Shown: in pieces, positions 51,042 to 64,000 of the stretch
Layout of the letters: each line of letters starts with the position of its first letter
Position numbering within the stretch: position 1 is the stretch's first letter
DNA from: Octopus vulgaris
Lineage: Eukaryota
Direction: 5' to 3'
Assembly: GCA_951406725.2 (NCBI GenBank)
Contig: OX597814.1
Span: forward strand, 142,228,001-142,292,000
DNA length: 64,000 bases
The notes under the pieces: model-generated
Databases searched by the model: none
What the model was told of the DNA's origin: nothing
The model's input: only the letters and a program-made list of their open reading frames with translations
Program-made: the position numbers and the translations under genes

Positions 51042-51108
51042 TATATGTATATATATATATATGATTATATGTATATATATATATATATGATTATATATAT
51101 ATATATGA

Positions 51109-51155
<47 letters not shown>

Positions 51156-51280
51156 TATATGTATATATATATGATTATATGTATGTATATATATATATAT
51201 ATGAATATATGTGTATGTATATATATATATGATTATATATATATATTATATATATATATGTATATAGATATATATATTTA

Positions 51281-51329
<49 letters not shown>

Positions 51330-51365
51330 TATATGATATATTATATGTTTATGATATTGTATTAT

Positions 51366-51970
<605 letters not shown>

Positions 51971-52013
51971 CGTATATATGTATATATATGTATATATATA
52001 TATATACATATAT

Positions 52014-52077
<64 letters not shown>

Positions 52078-52083
<6 letters not shown>

Positions 52084-52206
52084 GTTATCGCCATACTAAT
52101 ATGGCATTCTTATAAAAATAAGAATAAAGCTGTCCGCTTATTAGCTCCATGAGGCTTTATTCTTATTTTTATAAGAATGCCATATTAGTATGACGATAAC
52201 TATTAT
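52078..52206. repeat. Near-perfect hairpin (about 53-bp arms, 23-nt loop)
   Basis: AATAGTTATCGCCATACTAATATGGCATTCTTATAAAAATAAGAATAAAGC and its reverse complement, one mismatch. Confidence 0.9.
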
Positions 52207-52260
52207 TTTCCAGGAACGCTGCCGTGATCTCTTTTAGAGAGACTTAGTAATTTTAATATT

Positions 52261-52374
<114 letters not shown>

Positions 52375-52424
52375 CTATGATATACATATATTTTATATGA
52401 TATTATATTATACATTTATTAAAT

Positions 52425-53504
52425 ATGTATGATATTCGGGTAGAGGTAGGAGTCCACCAAGGCTCAGTACTCAGCCCCCTCCTATTTATCATAGTCCTCC
52501 AGGCAATAACGGAGGAATTCAAGACAGGATGCCCTTGGGAGCTCCTCTATGCTGATGACCTTGCTCTAATTGCTGAGTCGCTATCAGAACTGGAGGAGAA
52601 GTTTCAGGTGTGGAAACAAGGATTAGAATCGAAGGGCCTCAGAGTCAATCTAGCTAAAACCAAAGTCGTAATCAGTAGGAAGGTAGACAAATCACAAACA
52701 CCTTCAGGTAGATGGCCCTGCTCGATCTGTAGAAAAGGTGTAGGTAGAAACTCTATAAGATGCACCAAGTGTAAGCTATGGACACATAAGAGATGCAGCA
52801 ATGTCAAAGGAAGGCTAACTAGGAAGATGGTTTTTGTATGTGGCAGATGCTCAGGAACAATAAACACTGAAAATGCTCTGAGACCAACCTCCATCACTTT
52901 CCAGGGAGAAAAACTAGAAATAGTTGATAGTTTCCGTTACCTAGGTGACCAAGTCAGCAGCGGGGGCGGGTGTGCTGAAAGTGTAACTGCTAGAGTAAGA
53001 ATAGCTTGGGCAAAGTTCAGAGAGCTCTTACCTCTGCTGGTGACAAAAGGCCTCTCGCACAGAGTGAAAGGCAGACTGTATGATGCGTGTGTACGAACAG
53101 CCATGCTACATGGCAGTGAAACATGGGCTGTGACTGCTGAGGATATGCGTAAGCTCGCTAGAAATGAAGCCAGTATGCTCCGATGGATGTGTAATGCCGG
53201 TACTCACACTCGGCAGAGTGTAAGTACCTTGAGAGAAAAGCTGGACCTAAGAAGCATCAGTTGTGGTGTGCAAGAGAGACGTTTGCGCTGGTATGGTCAT
53301 GTGGCGAGAATGGATGAAGATAGTTGTGTGAAAAAGTGCCACACCCTAGCGGTTGAGGGAACCTGTGGAAGAGGCAGACCCAGGAAAACCTGGGACGAGG
53401 TGGTGAAGCACGACCTTCGAACTTTAGGTCTCACTGAGGAAATGACTAGAGACCGAGACCTCTGGAAGTGTGCTGTGCGCGAGAAGACCCGGCAGGACAA
53501 GTGA
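52425..53504 (+). CDS. RTE LINE reverse transcriptase C-terminal half with a PHD-like zinc finger
   Basis: GVHQGSVLSPLLF, LLYADD, FRYLG, RRLRWYGHV and RGRPRKTW motifs; CSIC..CTKC..H..C..CGRC insert. The ATG derives from flanking microsatellite. Confidence 0.9.
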   Translation: MYDIRVEVGVHQGSVLSPLLFIIVLQAITEEFKTGCPWELLYADDLALIAESLSELEEKFQVWKQGLESKGLRVNLAKTKVVISRKVDKSQTPSGRWPCSICRKGVGRNSIRCTKCKLWTHKRCSNVKGRLTRKMVFVCGRCSGTINTENALRPTSITFQGEKLEIVDSFRYLGDQVSSGGGCAESVTARVRIAWAKFRELLPLLVTKGLSHRVKGRLYDACVRTAMLHGSETWAVTAEDMRKLARNEASMLRWMCNAGTHTRQSVSTLREKLDLRSISCGVQERRLRWYGHVARMDEDSCVKKCHTLAVEGTCGRGRPRKTWDEVVKHDLRTLGLTEEMTRDRDLWKCAVREKTRQDK

Positions 53505-54100
53505 GTCCATAACCCATGGCCTTCTACATGGGATGGAGCCGGCCTACGTATGCATACCTTCCCTTCTTGGGACACAAAACTCTACTTGTGAAGACGTGTT
53601 GAGGCAAGTGAGGATCAGAATCGAAATCGATCAATGGAAATTGCGGATGTGCTACCAGTGCCGGCGGCATGTCAAAACTCTGCTTGTGAAGACCCGTTGA
53701 GGCAAGTGAGAATCAGAATCGAAATCGATCAATGGAAATTGCAGATGTGTTACCAGTGCCGGTGGCATGTAAGAGAACTTTCCGTTTCGCGACCGTTGCC
53801 AGCACCGCCCCGTTTCGTGTCCGTTGCCAGCCTCGCCTGGCCCTCGTGCCGGTGGCACATAAAAAGCACCATCCGTTCGTGGCCGTTTGCCAGCTCTGTC
53901 TGGCACCAGTGCGGGTGGCACGTAAAAAGCACCCACTACACTCACGGAGTGGTTGGCGTTAGGAAGGGCATCCAGCCGTAGAAACACTGCCAGATTTGAC
54001 TGGGCCTGATGAAGCCTTCTGGCTTCACAGACCCCAGTAGAACCGTCCAACCCATGCTAGCATGGAAAACGGACGCTAAACGATGATGATGATGATGATG
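52435..54100 (+). mobile_element. 5'-truncated RTE-clade LINE, young copy
   Basis: RT ORF, 3' UTR with an internal direct repeat, (GAT)n tail; inserted in a TA microsatellite. Confidence 0.92.
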
Positions 54101-54199
54101 ATATATATATATATATATATACGATGTTATATTATATTATATTATATTATATTATATATATATATATGTGTGTGTGTCTGTGTGTGTGTCTGTGTTTCT

Positions 54200-55345
54200 A
54201 CTACTACAAATTGGTCGTCGTTCAATAACCCACCTACTGGATCTAGGGAACATTTTCATCTAAATACCAAACAAGGAGATGTAAACTGCAATGATAAACA
54301 CCAACTACGGCCAATTTCTAGTAGTAGAAATGCTTATGCTACTGCTAACACAGTAACAACGCCGGTAGATGGAGTCGGGACTACCTTATATAGAAATAAA
54401 TACGATAAATGCTCATGCAGATTAAAATCAAAATGTCCTTTGATGAACCTCTGTATGAGTACAATTCTTGAATATAAATGTACTGTGCACACAAGGGAAG
54501 GGCCGTATCTTTACATTGGGCAGACGGCTGATTCATTTAAGAATCGTTATCGTAAACATGTTACCAGCTTTAAGACAATCAGTAAGTGACATTTAACATC
54601 TTTGGCAGATTTTGTATGGCGACTGAAGGATAATAAAATGAAGTACGGCATTAATTGATCCATAGTAAAGTACGCGAAACCATACAATTTCCAGGAGATA
54701 CCGTCTCTGCTCCAAGGAATCCCTGTCTATTCTGTAGACTAACGAAAAGATCATTAATAGAATTTCTGAACATCTCTAGAGACGCCTATACGCATATAAA
54801 TGTACATTCATACAATGCAGTTCTTTAAATTATGGATGACTTAAGTTTACTTTTAACCTCCTCATTCTTATAAACACCAAGTAGATAGCTAACTCACTTT
54901 GTAATCATGAGTGCACCAAACCTCACGTGAGTGTATGCTCACATTTTTGCGGATGCTTGTATGAGCGAACGTACTCGCGCCATGCAGCTTGCTTGAGGCC
55001 GTTTATATATCCATATCTGTTAACGGTTATTTTTAATACTTTTCCCGCTGAATCGCGTATTCCTTTCTCTTTTTGCCATCTGTGATTTATTTTTGATCTT
55101 TTATATAAATGAAGGTATTTCCTCCGTCTGGCTGCTTTTCTTTCTACAAAACGGAAGGTTACATTGCAGGACAGTCATTTTAACGAGTTGTATTTATTTA
55201 TCACCCAACAAGATACATCTGCACCACCGGATGCTCCTGAACCAGTTGTTGAGTGTCCCACCCATGAGGAACTGATGGTAGATGTGTCGAAACAACTGTC
55301 ATGATTTATAATATATTCTCGTATATTCCATCTTCCGTCTTTCAT
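54200..55345 (+). mobile_element. Penelope-like element 3' remnant (Cys-rich linker, GIY-YIG, pLTR)
   Basis: CSC....KCPL...C, EYKCTV, LYIGQTADSFKNRY..H motifs with downstream stops. Confidence 0.75.
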
Positions 55346-55346
55346 T

Positions 55347-55390
<44 letters not shown>

Positions 55391-55459
55391 ATATATATGT
55401 ATATATTTATATTCTCTATATATATTATATATTTATAGGATATTATATATATATATATG

Positions 55460-55514
<55 letters not shown>

Positions 55515-55613
55515 GCATACATACATACATACATACATACATACATACATACATACATACATACATACATACATACATACATACATACATACATACATAC
55601 ATACATACATACA

Positions 55614-55642
<29 letters not shown>
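55515..55642. repeat. (CATA)n microsatellite
   Basis: Read directly from the sequence. Confidence 0.95.
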
Positions 55643-55649
<7 letters not shown>

Positions 55650-56149
55650 TAACATTGACAAACTTGTTTCACTTTTCGTATCACCTTTAAGATACTTGGC
55701 AAAATAAATAAATAAATAAATTGAAATAAATAAATAAAATGAAATATAGTTAACGCACTTTGGGTTTGGACTTTAAGAAGATACATGAATATTTAAACAG
55801 CAGAAAGTTGACATTAAGAATTGGATCTTTTCCAACACTTGTTATGTGACTGCTACATGAAAAGACTTTCAATTATGATTTTATGAAACCTGCAAAGCTG
55901 GAAGACTAGCTCGTAAAGGCCCTCTCTGACTAAGAAAATGATTAGAAAACTTGGAATGTTGAAATTCAGATACGAAGGATTTCTCAGTGCCGCAATGCTT
56001 CGTTGCATTGTATATGTACTTTAGAACTGGTCAATGTTCTCATTTTCATTGGTTTATCAATAATTTCTTTGATTACTGGTTTAATAGTCTCTTCGCCAAT
56101 GACATAATGTGGTCAGTCTCTTTTTCCACCCCCGTTTTCGCTAATATCG

Positions 56150-56363
56150 GTTTCAAATTTTGGCACAAGACCAGCAATTTTGAGAAATGGATGAAGTCGG
56201 TTACATCAACCCCAATACTCAATTGGTAATTATTTTAGCGACTCCGGAAGGGATGAAAGGCAAAGTCGACTTTGGCGGAATTTGAACTTAGAACCTAAAC
56301 ACGGACGAAAGGCCGCTAAGCATTTTGCCCGGCTTGCTAACGATTCTACCAGCCCGCCGCCTT
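56150..56363 (-). mobile_element. SINE family B
   Basis: Reverse-strand match. Confidence 0.8.
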
Positions 56364-56729
56364 AATAATGATAATCCTTTTCACTATAGGCACAAGGGGA
56401 CAAGTAAATTACATCGACCCTAGTGATAACTTGTCAGATAGTTTAAAACAGTGTTTCTCAAACTCTTTTTTTTAACTATCACCCTTTTTCTTTTATTGGT
56501 TCTTTCTAGAATGCCTCCTTGTTACGATTCAACGCTTTCCCCCACATTTTTAATGTTCGTAATGCGTAATAACAAGCTAGAATAATTAAATCCCAGATAC
56601 TAGTTTGGTACGCATGATCATTCACCACAACACCGCTCTACTATAAGCGAGTACTTTAATTATTGTTAGAATACATGCATATATGTGTCTGTGTGCGCGT
56701 GCGTGAGTGCGTGTGTGTGTGTGTGTGTG

Positions 56730-57107
56730 TGTGTGGTAAGGAGCTTGCTTACCAACTACATGGCTCTGGGTTCAGTGCGACTGCGTAGCACCTTGGGTAA
56801 GTGTCTTCTACTATAGCCTCGGGCCGACCAGAGCCTTCTGCGTGGATTTAGTAGACGGAAACTGGAAGAAGTCCGTCGTGTGTGTGTGCGCGTGCGCGCG
56901 TGTTTGTGTGTCTGTGTCTGTCCCCCACCATCGCTTGACAACCGATATTGGTGCGTTTACGTCCGTGTAACTTAGCGGTTCGGCAAAAGAGATTCCGATA
57001 GAATAAGTACTATGCTTACAAAGAATAAATCTTGGGATCGATTCTTTCGACTAAAGGCTGTGCTCCAGCATGGCAGCAGTCAAATGAATGAAACTAGCAA
57101 AAGAGTA
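56730..57107 (+). mobile_element. SINE family A
   Basis: Head, core and tail match. Confidence 0.85.
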
Positions 57108-57118
57108 ATATATATATA

Positions 57119-57998
57119 CAATCAACTTTCGCTACTATGCCACCTCGCTACTATGCCACTCTCGCTACTATGCCACCTCGCTACTATGCCACTCTCGCTA
57201 CTATGCCAGTTTTGCGCGGTCCCGGCCAAATAATAAACAAAAAATTTTTACTATGCCACCCTCAACTCTCGCTACTATGCCACTTGAAAACTGAAGCGCA
57301 CGCAACTTTTCGAAATTTTGTACTCCTACATTTTGTACATTTCGTATTTGTAATCTTGTGGAAAAGTTCAGAAAGTAGCACACAATGTCAGCTCAGAAAC
57401 GCAAGCGGACTGAGTTTACGCTGAAGGAAAAGAAGGAGATTATCGATGCTGCGAAAAACGTTATTGTCGGGCCCCTCGTATCATTAGTAATATCTGATAC
57501 AAGTTACCGCCCCTTGTATTGTCCGACGCGTTTCACTCTAGAAGAAATAGCAAAGGAGGTAATGCATAACGAAGAGCCGGTGGAAAGTGAAGACGACGAG
57601 GTAATTGTGGAAGAGGAATACGTTTCGTTTGCAGATGCCCAGAGAGCATGGATCTCTATCCGAAAGTTTATGCAGCAGCAGAGCAGCGGAAAACCCAGCG
57701 TCATGCAGGCGTGTGATAGGCTAGACAACGAAATGAATGAAATCCGCCGAAAGAAGATGCGTCAGCCGACAATTTTTGAGAGCTTCGGGATTAACTAAAA
57801 GCAATCTGAACTTAATAAACTTGGATGTCTTCTTTTTACCATTGCATTGAACTTCTTATTGGCCTTACTTTCTACCCTATGAATTTTTATTCGTATGTTC
57901 AGTAAATTTTTGGTTATGTAGTGTTTAGATAACAGACCCTCGGTACTATGCCACTTTGGCTCAGTCCCGCAGGGTGGCATAGTAGCGAGAGTTGACTG
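57119..57998 (+). mobile_element. Internally deleted pogo/Tigger transposon
   Basis: TIR CA(G/A)TCAACT(C/T)TCGCTACTATGCCACC, TA flanks, subterminal CTCGCTACTATGCCA repeats. Confidence 0.9.
57385..57798 (+). CDS. Deleted pogo transposase ORF (HTH start, acidic tail, PIP-like box)
   Basis: KRKRTEFTLKEKKEII resembles the CENP-B/psq HTH start; C-terminal KKMRQPTIFESF resembles the pogo PCNA-binding motif; no DDD domain. Confidence 0.65.
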   Translation: MSAQKRKRTEFTLKEKKEIIDAAKNVIVGPLVSLVISDTSYRPLYCPTRFTLEEIAKEVMHNEEPVESEDDEVIVEEEYVSFADAQRAWISIRKFMQQQSSGKPSVMQACDRLDNEMNEIRRKKMRQPTIFESFGIN

Positions 57999-58907
57999 TA
58001 TATGATTATTTAAACTTTGGGTATACATCTAGTGGTGTGCCAATTAAAACTCTTTCACTGCTTAGGCTACCTGATGTTGTCCATAATTTTGATATAAGTG
58101 TCACGGGATCTACCTCAGGAATTCCGCACTGTTCTTTGAGTTTGTAACAAATGAGGGAAATGGAAAATGACCTCACAGCGTGGCAGCAGATACCCTTTGT
58201 CTGTTTGCCTCTAAGAAGACCATCTTGGTTATTTATGATAGTATTCAACGACAGAGAGAGCATGGGTATGTATGTCCACGTGACCATTGGTGTGTGTGTG
58301 TGTGTGTTTATATATGCGTTTATGTCTTCACGTGTATACTTATCTTCATTTTATATTTCATTTCTTTTGTTATTTTATTCTATGTCAATTTTTTATCTTT
58401 TATTATTTTGCTCTGTGTCATGTATTTACTATTAACCATAGCTAGAGCCATTAGCCTGTTATAACGCGGAACCTGTATCCATCCCCTGTCATTATAGCCA
58501 ACAACCTTCTGGCAATAACAACATGCAGTGTAATCGAACCAAACGAAAATGAGTGAGGTATCTCCTGTAAAATAAAGCGCCTAACGCGATACACCTGCAC
58601 CGGAGGATGCAGCACAACCATTTGTATAGTATCCCACATGCAAGGGACCGATGCAAGATGGGTCGAATCGATCGCTGGGATGAATAAAGATTCTCGTGAA
58701 TTCCATTTTCCATTTCCCTCATTTGTGGCTGTGTGGTAAGAAGCTTGCATCTCAGCTACATGGTTCTCAGTTCAGTCCCACTGTATGAAACCTTGGACAA
58801 GTGTCTTCTACTATAGCCTCGGGCCGACCAAAGCCTTGTGAGTGAGTTTGGTAGACGGAAACTGAAGAAGGTCGTTGTATATACATATACATATATACAA
58901 CATTCTG

Positions 58908-58975
58908 TTCATCCTGATGAGGGGATCATTGCAACTGGACTACCGCAGTGAACTCTCGAAATTGCCGTAGATGTG
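58908..58975 (+). ncRNA. Type I hammerhead ribozyme motif
   Basis: CAUC CUGAUGA GGGGAUCAUUGC..GCAGUGAACUCUC GAAA UUGCC GUA GAUG; predicted cleavage after 58969. Confidence 0.7.
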
Positions 58976-59465
58976 AATTTTGACCAACCTTTTTATGGAA
59001 TTCACTTACGCTCCTTGGATACCAGACCTACAATGGATTGCTTCATTTTTAAAGACGAACTATTTTGATATACTTTTAATCAAAGGTTAAGAAAACTTTT
59101 TAGTCGATTGATATGTTTTAGTAATTCATTTTGATCACCTGTTTGACTCGATTTGTATATACGCTTTCTTGACAGACCCTTCTATATATTTTGTATTTTT
59201 ATATGTGCATATTTTTTTTTTACCTTCGGGGTTTATATATTAATTTCTTTTATATGTTGAAGGTTATGGTATTATTTGTATATGATGAAATGTATGGAAG
59301 TGTGGGGTTATACAAAGTCGTTGGCCCGAATTTGATGTTTGTTCCCTAATCAATGATTTTTTGTCTCTGTCTCAATTTCACTTGAGCACTTCTTTTTTGC
59401 AGTCCTGTACACCTTTTTCTGTTTCCATAAAAAGAAACGGAAGTTATTCTTCGTCATATATATGT

Positions 59466-59973
59466 ATTATATGGAAAAATGCGAGCATGAAAAGTAATAT
59501 TCTTAAGATTATAAATCTGGAAAAGCACAGGACAAGTTATTACATCTGTAAACGTATACGACAAGCTATTACTTATAGTAAAGTAAAGAATAAGAAAATT
59601 CTTACTTAAAATATTGCAGCAAAGAATGCCAGTTCTTCTAATTTAGCACACTTTACAGTTATATTCTGTTCAGCTAATTTGTAAGTTTGTCTAATTAGTC
59701 ACTTTTTTATGTATTTAAGGTAGTAAAATAGCCAAATTCTACTTAAATAAATATAGTGTTATTTGTAAACTATAATAAAATAGGTTTTTTAAATTTTTAG
59801 CTGCAATATTTTAAGTAAAAAGTTTCTTATTCTTCTCTTTACTAGAAGTAATATACTTTTACAGGTGTAATAACTTGTCCTATACTTTTATAGGTGTAAT
59901 AACTTGTCCTGTACTTTTCCAGGTTTATAGTCTTAAGAATATTACTTTTCATGCTAGCATTTTTCCATGTAAT
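59466..59973. mobile_element. Foldback-type element with arms of about 155-175 bp
   Basis: 59466-59620 is an inverted copy of 59800-59973; arms contain about 30-bp sub-repeats; TA at the ends. Confidence 0.75.
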
Positions 59974-60731
59974 CCATGATTTTCCCAGGCATTGCTGTTA
60001 TAAGATAATTAATAATGTATCAATTAATAATTTAAAATTTTACCTTATAAAATACTGAAAGATAATATTTCAATTTTCCCATGTAAGTGACGATAATATT
60101 TCAATTTCTTTCATGTTTAATTTAAATATATGTTGTGATTGAATTATTTGGTATTACCCATTCACACCAAATTAATGGTAGGGATTTTTACCATGTTGTT
60201 GATTGCACCATGGCTCACCAAAAGTTACAAACAAGAAGACCCCAAAACCATCAATTGCCAGGCCACCTTAAGTAACTTAATTCTGCAATATTAGGAGGTC
60301 ACATTAGGAGGAATTCATTCAATGAAAAAAAAATTTTCAATGATTCCGGGATTGGGGGGTTCCCCTCACCACCCCTTCTTTCCGAACCAAAATAAGGGAT
60401 TTGCAGCATATTAGAAGGTCAGGGTACTTAATTCCACGCAAAAAATCAAATTTTTCGTTTTTTTTCTTAGTGAAAATCGTGCGGGTGTTAATATAGAAAT
60501 TTACCATAATGTTATTTAGCCTCAAATCAACCCTGCTACTGCAAACTGATCATCAAAGATATTCCATCCTTCAGTAAACCGTCTTTTTAGGGATAATCTA
60601 GGACATTACGTACAATGGGCGTGTGATTTAGGTAGGGGGATACTTTGGCTGCTATTTTTAGCGTTTCCAGCGTCCAAGTAAAGGCTCTTTCATTGGTTCG
60701 ATTGCGCGATGAGATTTTTTTTATACATATA

Positions 60732-61141
60732 CTCTTTACTCTTTACTCTTTTACTTGTTTCAGTCATTTGACTGCGGCCATGCTGGAGCACCGCCTTTAG
60801 TCGGGCAAATCGACCCCGGGACTTATTCTTTGTAAGCCCAGTACTTATTCTATCGGTCTGTTTTGCCGAACCGCTAAGTGACGGGGACGTAAACACACCA
60901 GCATCGGTTGTCAAGCAATGCTAGGGGGACAAACACAGACACACAAACATACACACACATACATATATACATATATACGACGGGCTTCTTTCAGCTTCCG
61001 TCTACCAAATCCACTCACAAGGCATTGGTGGGCCCGAGGCTATAGCAGAAGACACTTGCCCAAGATGTCACGCAGTGGGACTGAACCCGGAACCATGTGG
61101 TTGGTTAACAAGCTACTTACCACACAGCCACTCCTGCGCCT
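60732..61141 (-). mobile_element. SINE family A, full length and low divergence
   Basis: Reverse complement of the 11679 copy, with a (TACTCTT)n tail. Confidence 0.92.
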
Positions 61142-63039
61142 ATATGTAATATGTATATATATTATTGGCAGAACTTAGAGAATAAGTCAAAAGCTGAGTT
61201 TCGTGTATTGGTACTTATCAAACACGAATTTGTCCATTGTCACTCTGTAACGTCTGACGAAATAACTTCTAAAATACAAAATTTTGTCAAAAACGCTAAG
61301 AGTAAACTCTGTTCTATGTGACACATTTTACTAGTATCGGAAGTTTCAAAGTGTTTAGTTAAAAAAAAAATTTGAACTCAGAACATAAAGATAGACGAAA
61401 TACCTCTAACTATTTCGCCCGGTGCGTTAACGTCTCTGCCAGATCGCCGCCTCAGGGTGTAAGCATTCATTTTAGAAATACATTCTTATTGCTTGGTTCG
61501 TCAATGCCTTACTTACTTCCTCACTTAATTATTTCACATTTCATGACATTTTACCTCATAACTCTTTTTCTACTAATTTTTGTTCAATGCGACGAGCGAT
61601 TCTGAATTCCTCATGCATTTTTCTGTCATTTAAGTCTAAGAAAAGCATACTTTTATTTTAAAATTTAAAAAAATTTATGTCAATTGAAGATGACTACCTG
61701 CCTTACTGCCCGCATTGAGGTCTGACATATCTAGATTAAGCTTTTTTTCTACTGAGCCAAATGTTAAACTATTTGTGCAAAAGTGTAGCTGAATAGGTGT
61801 CCTCTTTAAAACTATTAACAGTTTGCAATTTAGTTGAGCACTGAATTAGTAGTCAAGCTTGGAAGCTGCTGCGATGGACGAAATGGTGGACTAAAGAATA
61901 TATTTGACCACTACCGTGGTTGAATGATGTGTGTGTGTGTCTTTGTGTCTGTGTCTGTCCCCCACCATCGCTTGACAACCGATATTGGTGTATTTACATC
62001 CCCGTAACCTAGCGGTTCGGCAAATCAGACCGATAGAATAAGTATCAGGCTTACATAGAATATGTATATATTATTTTGCTTATTTACTTATTTTCATTTC
62101 GAAGTCCTATTATTATTGTTGATACCGTCATTGTTATTGTTATTGTTGTTGTTGCTAGGATTGTGGCTAACCAGCAGTTTATTATATTACATTTAAAGCA
62201 TATTTTTTTAAAAGAGTTAATATTTAAGTAGGAGATAAAAGACTGAGAAAAATCTACACAGATGTATCTATCGTCCCCTACCGCCCCCATGTAAAATTTT
62301 CCACAGCATATTTTGAGAACCTTTGTTATAAAAAAAAAAAAAACTCCTTAAATTCGGTCGATTTCCAATATTTTTTTTCTTTCGGTTTCTTGCAAAAATA
62401 TATAAGAGATTAATTTTTTTTTTTAATTTGTAATCTGTTTGGAGCCAATCTGTCATTTCCGCAAGTTCCACAGCAGCTTTACTGAACGTCTTTTCTCATA
62501 GTAAGCACATAGATATTCTATTAGTAAGTCAATGTACATTTCCATATACTCATGTGAATATTGTTTGTCTGCGCCTCTCCATAATAAATATCAGCTGTCG
62601 CCGTTGTACTTATTACAAATTATGATCAATTTGCACAATACATACGCAGCTATCAGGTCACTGATATCTCTAGAGTAGTTATAGTTGTTGGGTTTTCAGT
62701 TTGTTACTACTCTATCAGGTTCCAGCCTATCGCTGTAACACAGAAACGATGCGGCCGAGATATTCAGTGTAGCATTGCCACAACCCAGATTTTTACGACA
62801 CGTAAGAATGTTAATCTTTGATTTAGCCAAGATAGTTTCAAATGTTACAACATGACTACAACATTAACGATGAATGACAAAGGTAAGTTGTTTAATGGTT
62901 ATTAAAAAAGATAGGGCGAATGATTGAAGTAAATCCATTCATGTGGAACCAGGTATTTCATACCAATGATTTACTGTTTTGTGACTCCTGATAATAAGAA
63001 ATCATTATATAACCATATCATTAGCACACACTGGTGTAA

Positions 63040-63540
63040 GGCGGCGAGTTGGCAGAATCGTTAGCACTCCGGTTGAAATGCTTATCCGTATTTCGTCTTC
63101 TGCTACGTTCTGAGTTCAAATTCCGCTGAGGTTGTCTTCACCTTTTTATCCTTTCAGGATCAATAAATCAAGTACCAGTTGAGTACTGGAGTCGATGTGA
63201 TCGATTGTTCCCCTCTCCACAAAATTCAGGCCTTGTGTCTATAATAGAAAGGATTATTATACAGTGGTTTAGCCAGAGAATGTGCCGCCCCGGAGCAACC
63301 CTTGAATTTACTTTCGCTCCATGCCCTGTACAACCCTCTCCGGTAATAAAGCCATCACGCATCGTGGACCACGCCCATCGCTTACCTCTATCTACGCTAT
63401 TATCACTAGTTTCAGATTTTTACACGAGGCCAGCAATTTCGGGGAAAGGGATAAATCGATTACATCGACTCCAGTGTTCAACTGGTACTTATTTTATCGA
63501 TCCCGAAAGGATGAAAGGCAAAGTCGACATCAGCGGAATT
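63040..63540. mobile_element. Two oppositely oriented family B SINEs
   Basis: Plus copy 63040-63250; minus partial copy 63410-63540. Confidence 0.75.
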
Positions 63541-64000
63541 TACGCTATTATCATTATGTTTTAGGAATATTAGTCTCGGGTAGAAAGGCTTTGCTGTGAT
63601 TGCGGCAATTCTTTATGTTCTTAGATCAAACCTCGTCACGGCAAACTTAGCTTTCCATTATTTCGGGTTCGATAAAATACAATACATGTCGAGTAGTAAG
63701 ATCGATGGTATCTGTTATACCGCTTTCCTCAAACATTGTCGAGCCAGTGTGGCTGAACAGGCTCATCCAACCAGTGTGATCTTGAAAATCACAGCCTCCA
63801 CATCAGACCGTGTTTATTGGAGAGAACATGCTGAGTCCTTCGTCCAGCAGTGGACTGAACATGGACAATCCAATACAATTCAAATTTTATTCAGCCTCTT
63901 GGGACTGGTATTTGGAAATCGGTTGAAATTTTTTTTTTCTAAAATAAAAAGAAAACAGAATTTAAAGATGGTGCCGTTTTTGCGAGTCGACTCGTAAGAT

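Noticed and set aside
57119-57285. Repeated CTCGCTACTATGCCA as CRISPR or iteron repeats
   Set aside because: They are subterminal repeats of the pogo element and match its TIR.

Overview
AT-rich, microsatellite-dense eukaryotic (animal) genomic DNA. The SINE families look like those of Octopus, but this is an inference from repeat content. There is no complete host gene, and most ORFs in the supplied track are translations of microsatellites or SINEs. Much of the window is repeats: three tRNA-derived SINE families, RTE, CR1, HERO and Penelope retroelement remnants, non-autonomous Helitrons, and mariner, pogo, hAT and Merlin-like MITEs, several with clear TIRs and TSDs. The repeat-free islands hold the most interesting signals. 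(1) Four or five candidate minus-strand alternative first exons all end at phase-0 GT donors. (2) A candidate 9-nt microexon on the same strand has a UGC motif at its acceptor. Together these suggest the window is the 5' intronic region of one large multi-promoter gene whose body lies left of position 1. Among the repeats, three things stand out: a tRNA-like Pol III head fused to a Penelope hammerhead ribozyme, several unrelated hammerhead motifs, and a TSD-flanked ORF1-only retroposon that shares its 3' tail with an abundant SINE. Exon calls rest on splice and Kozak signals only and need transcript data.
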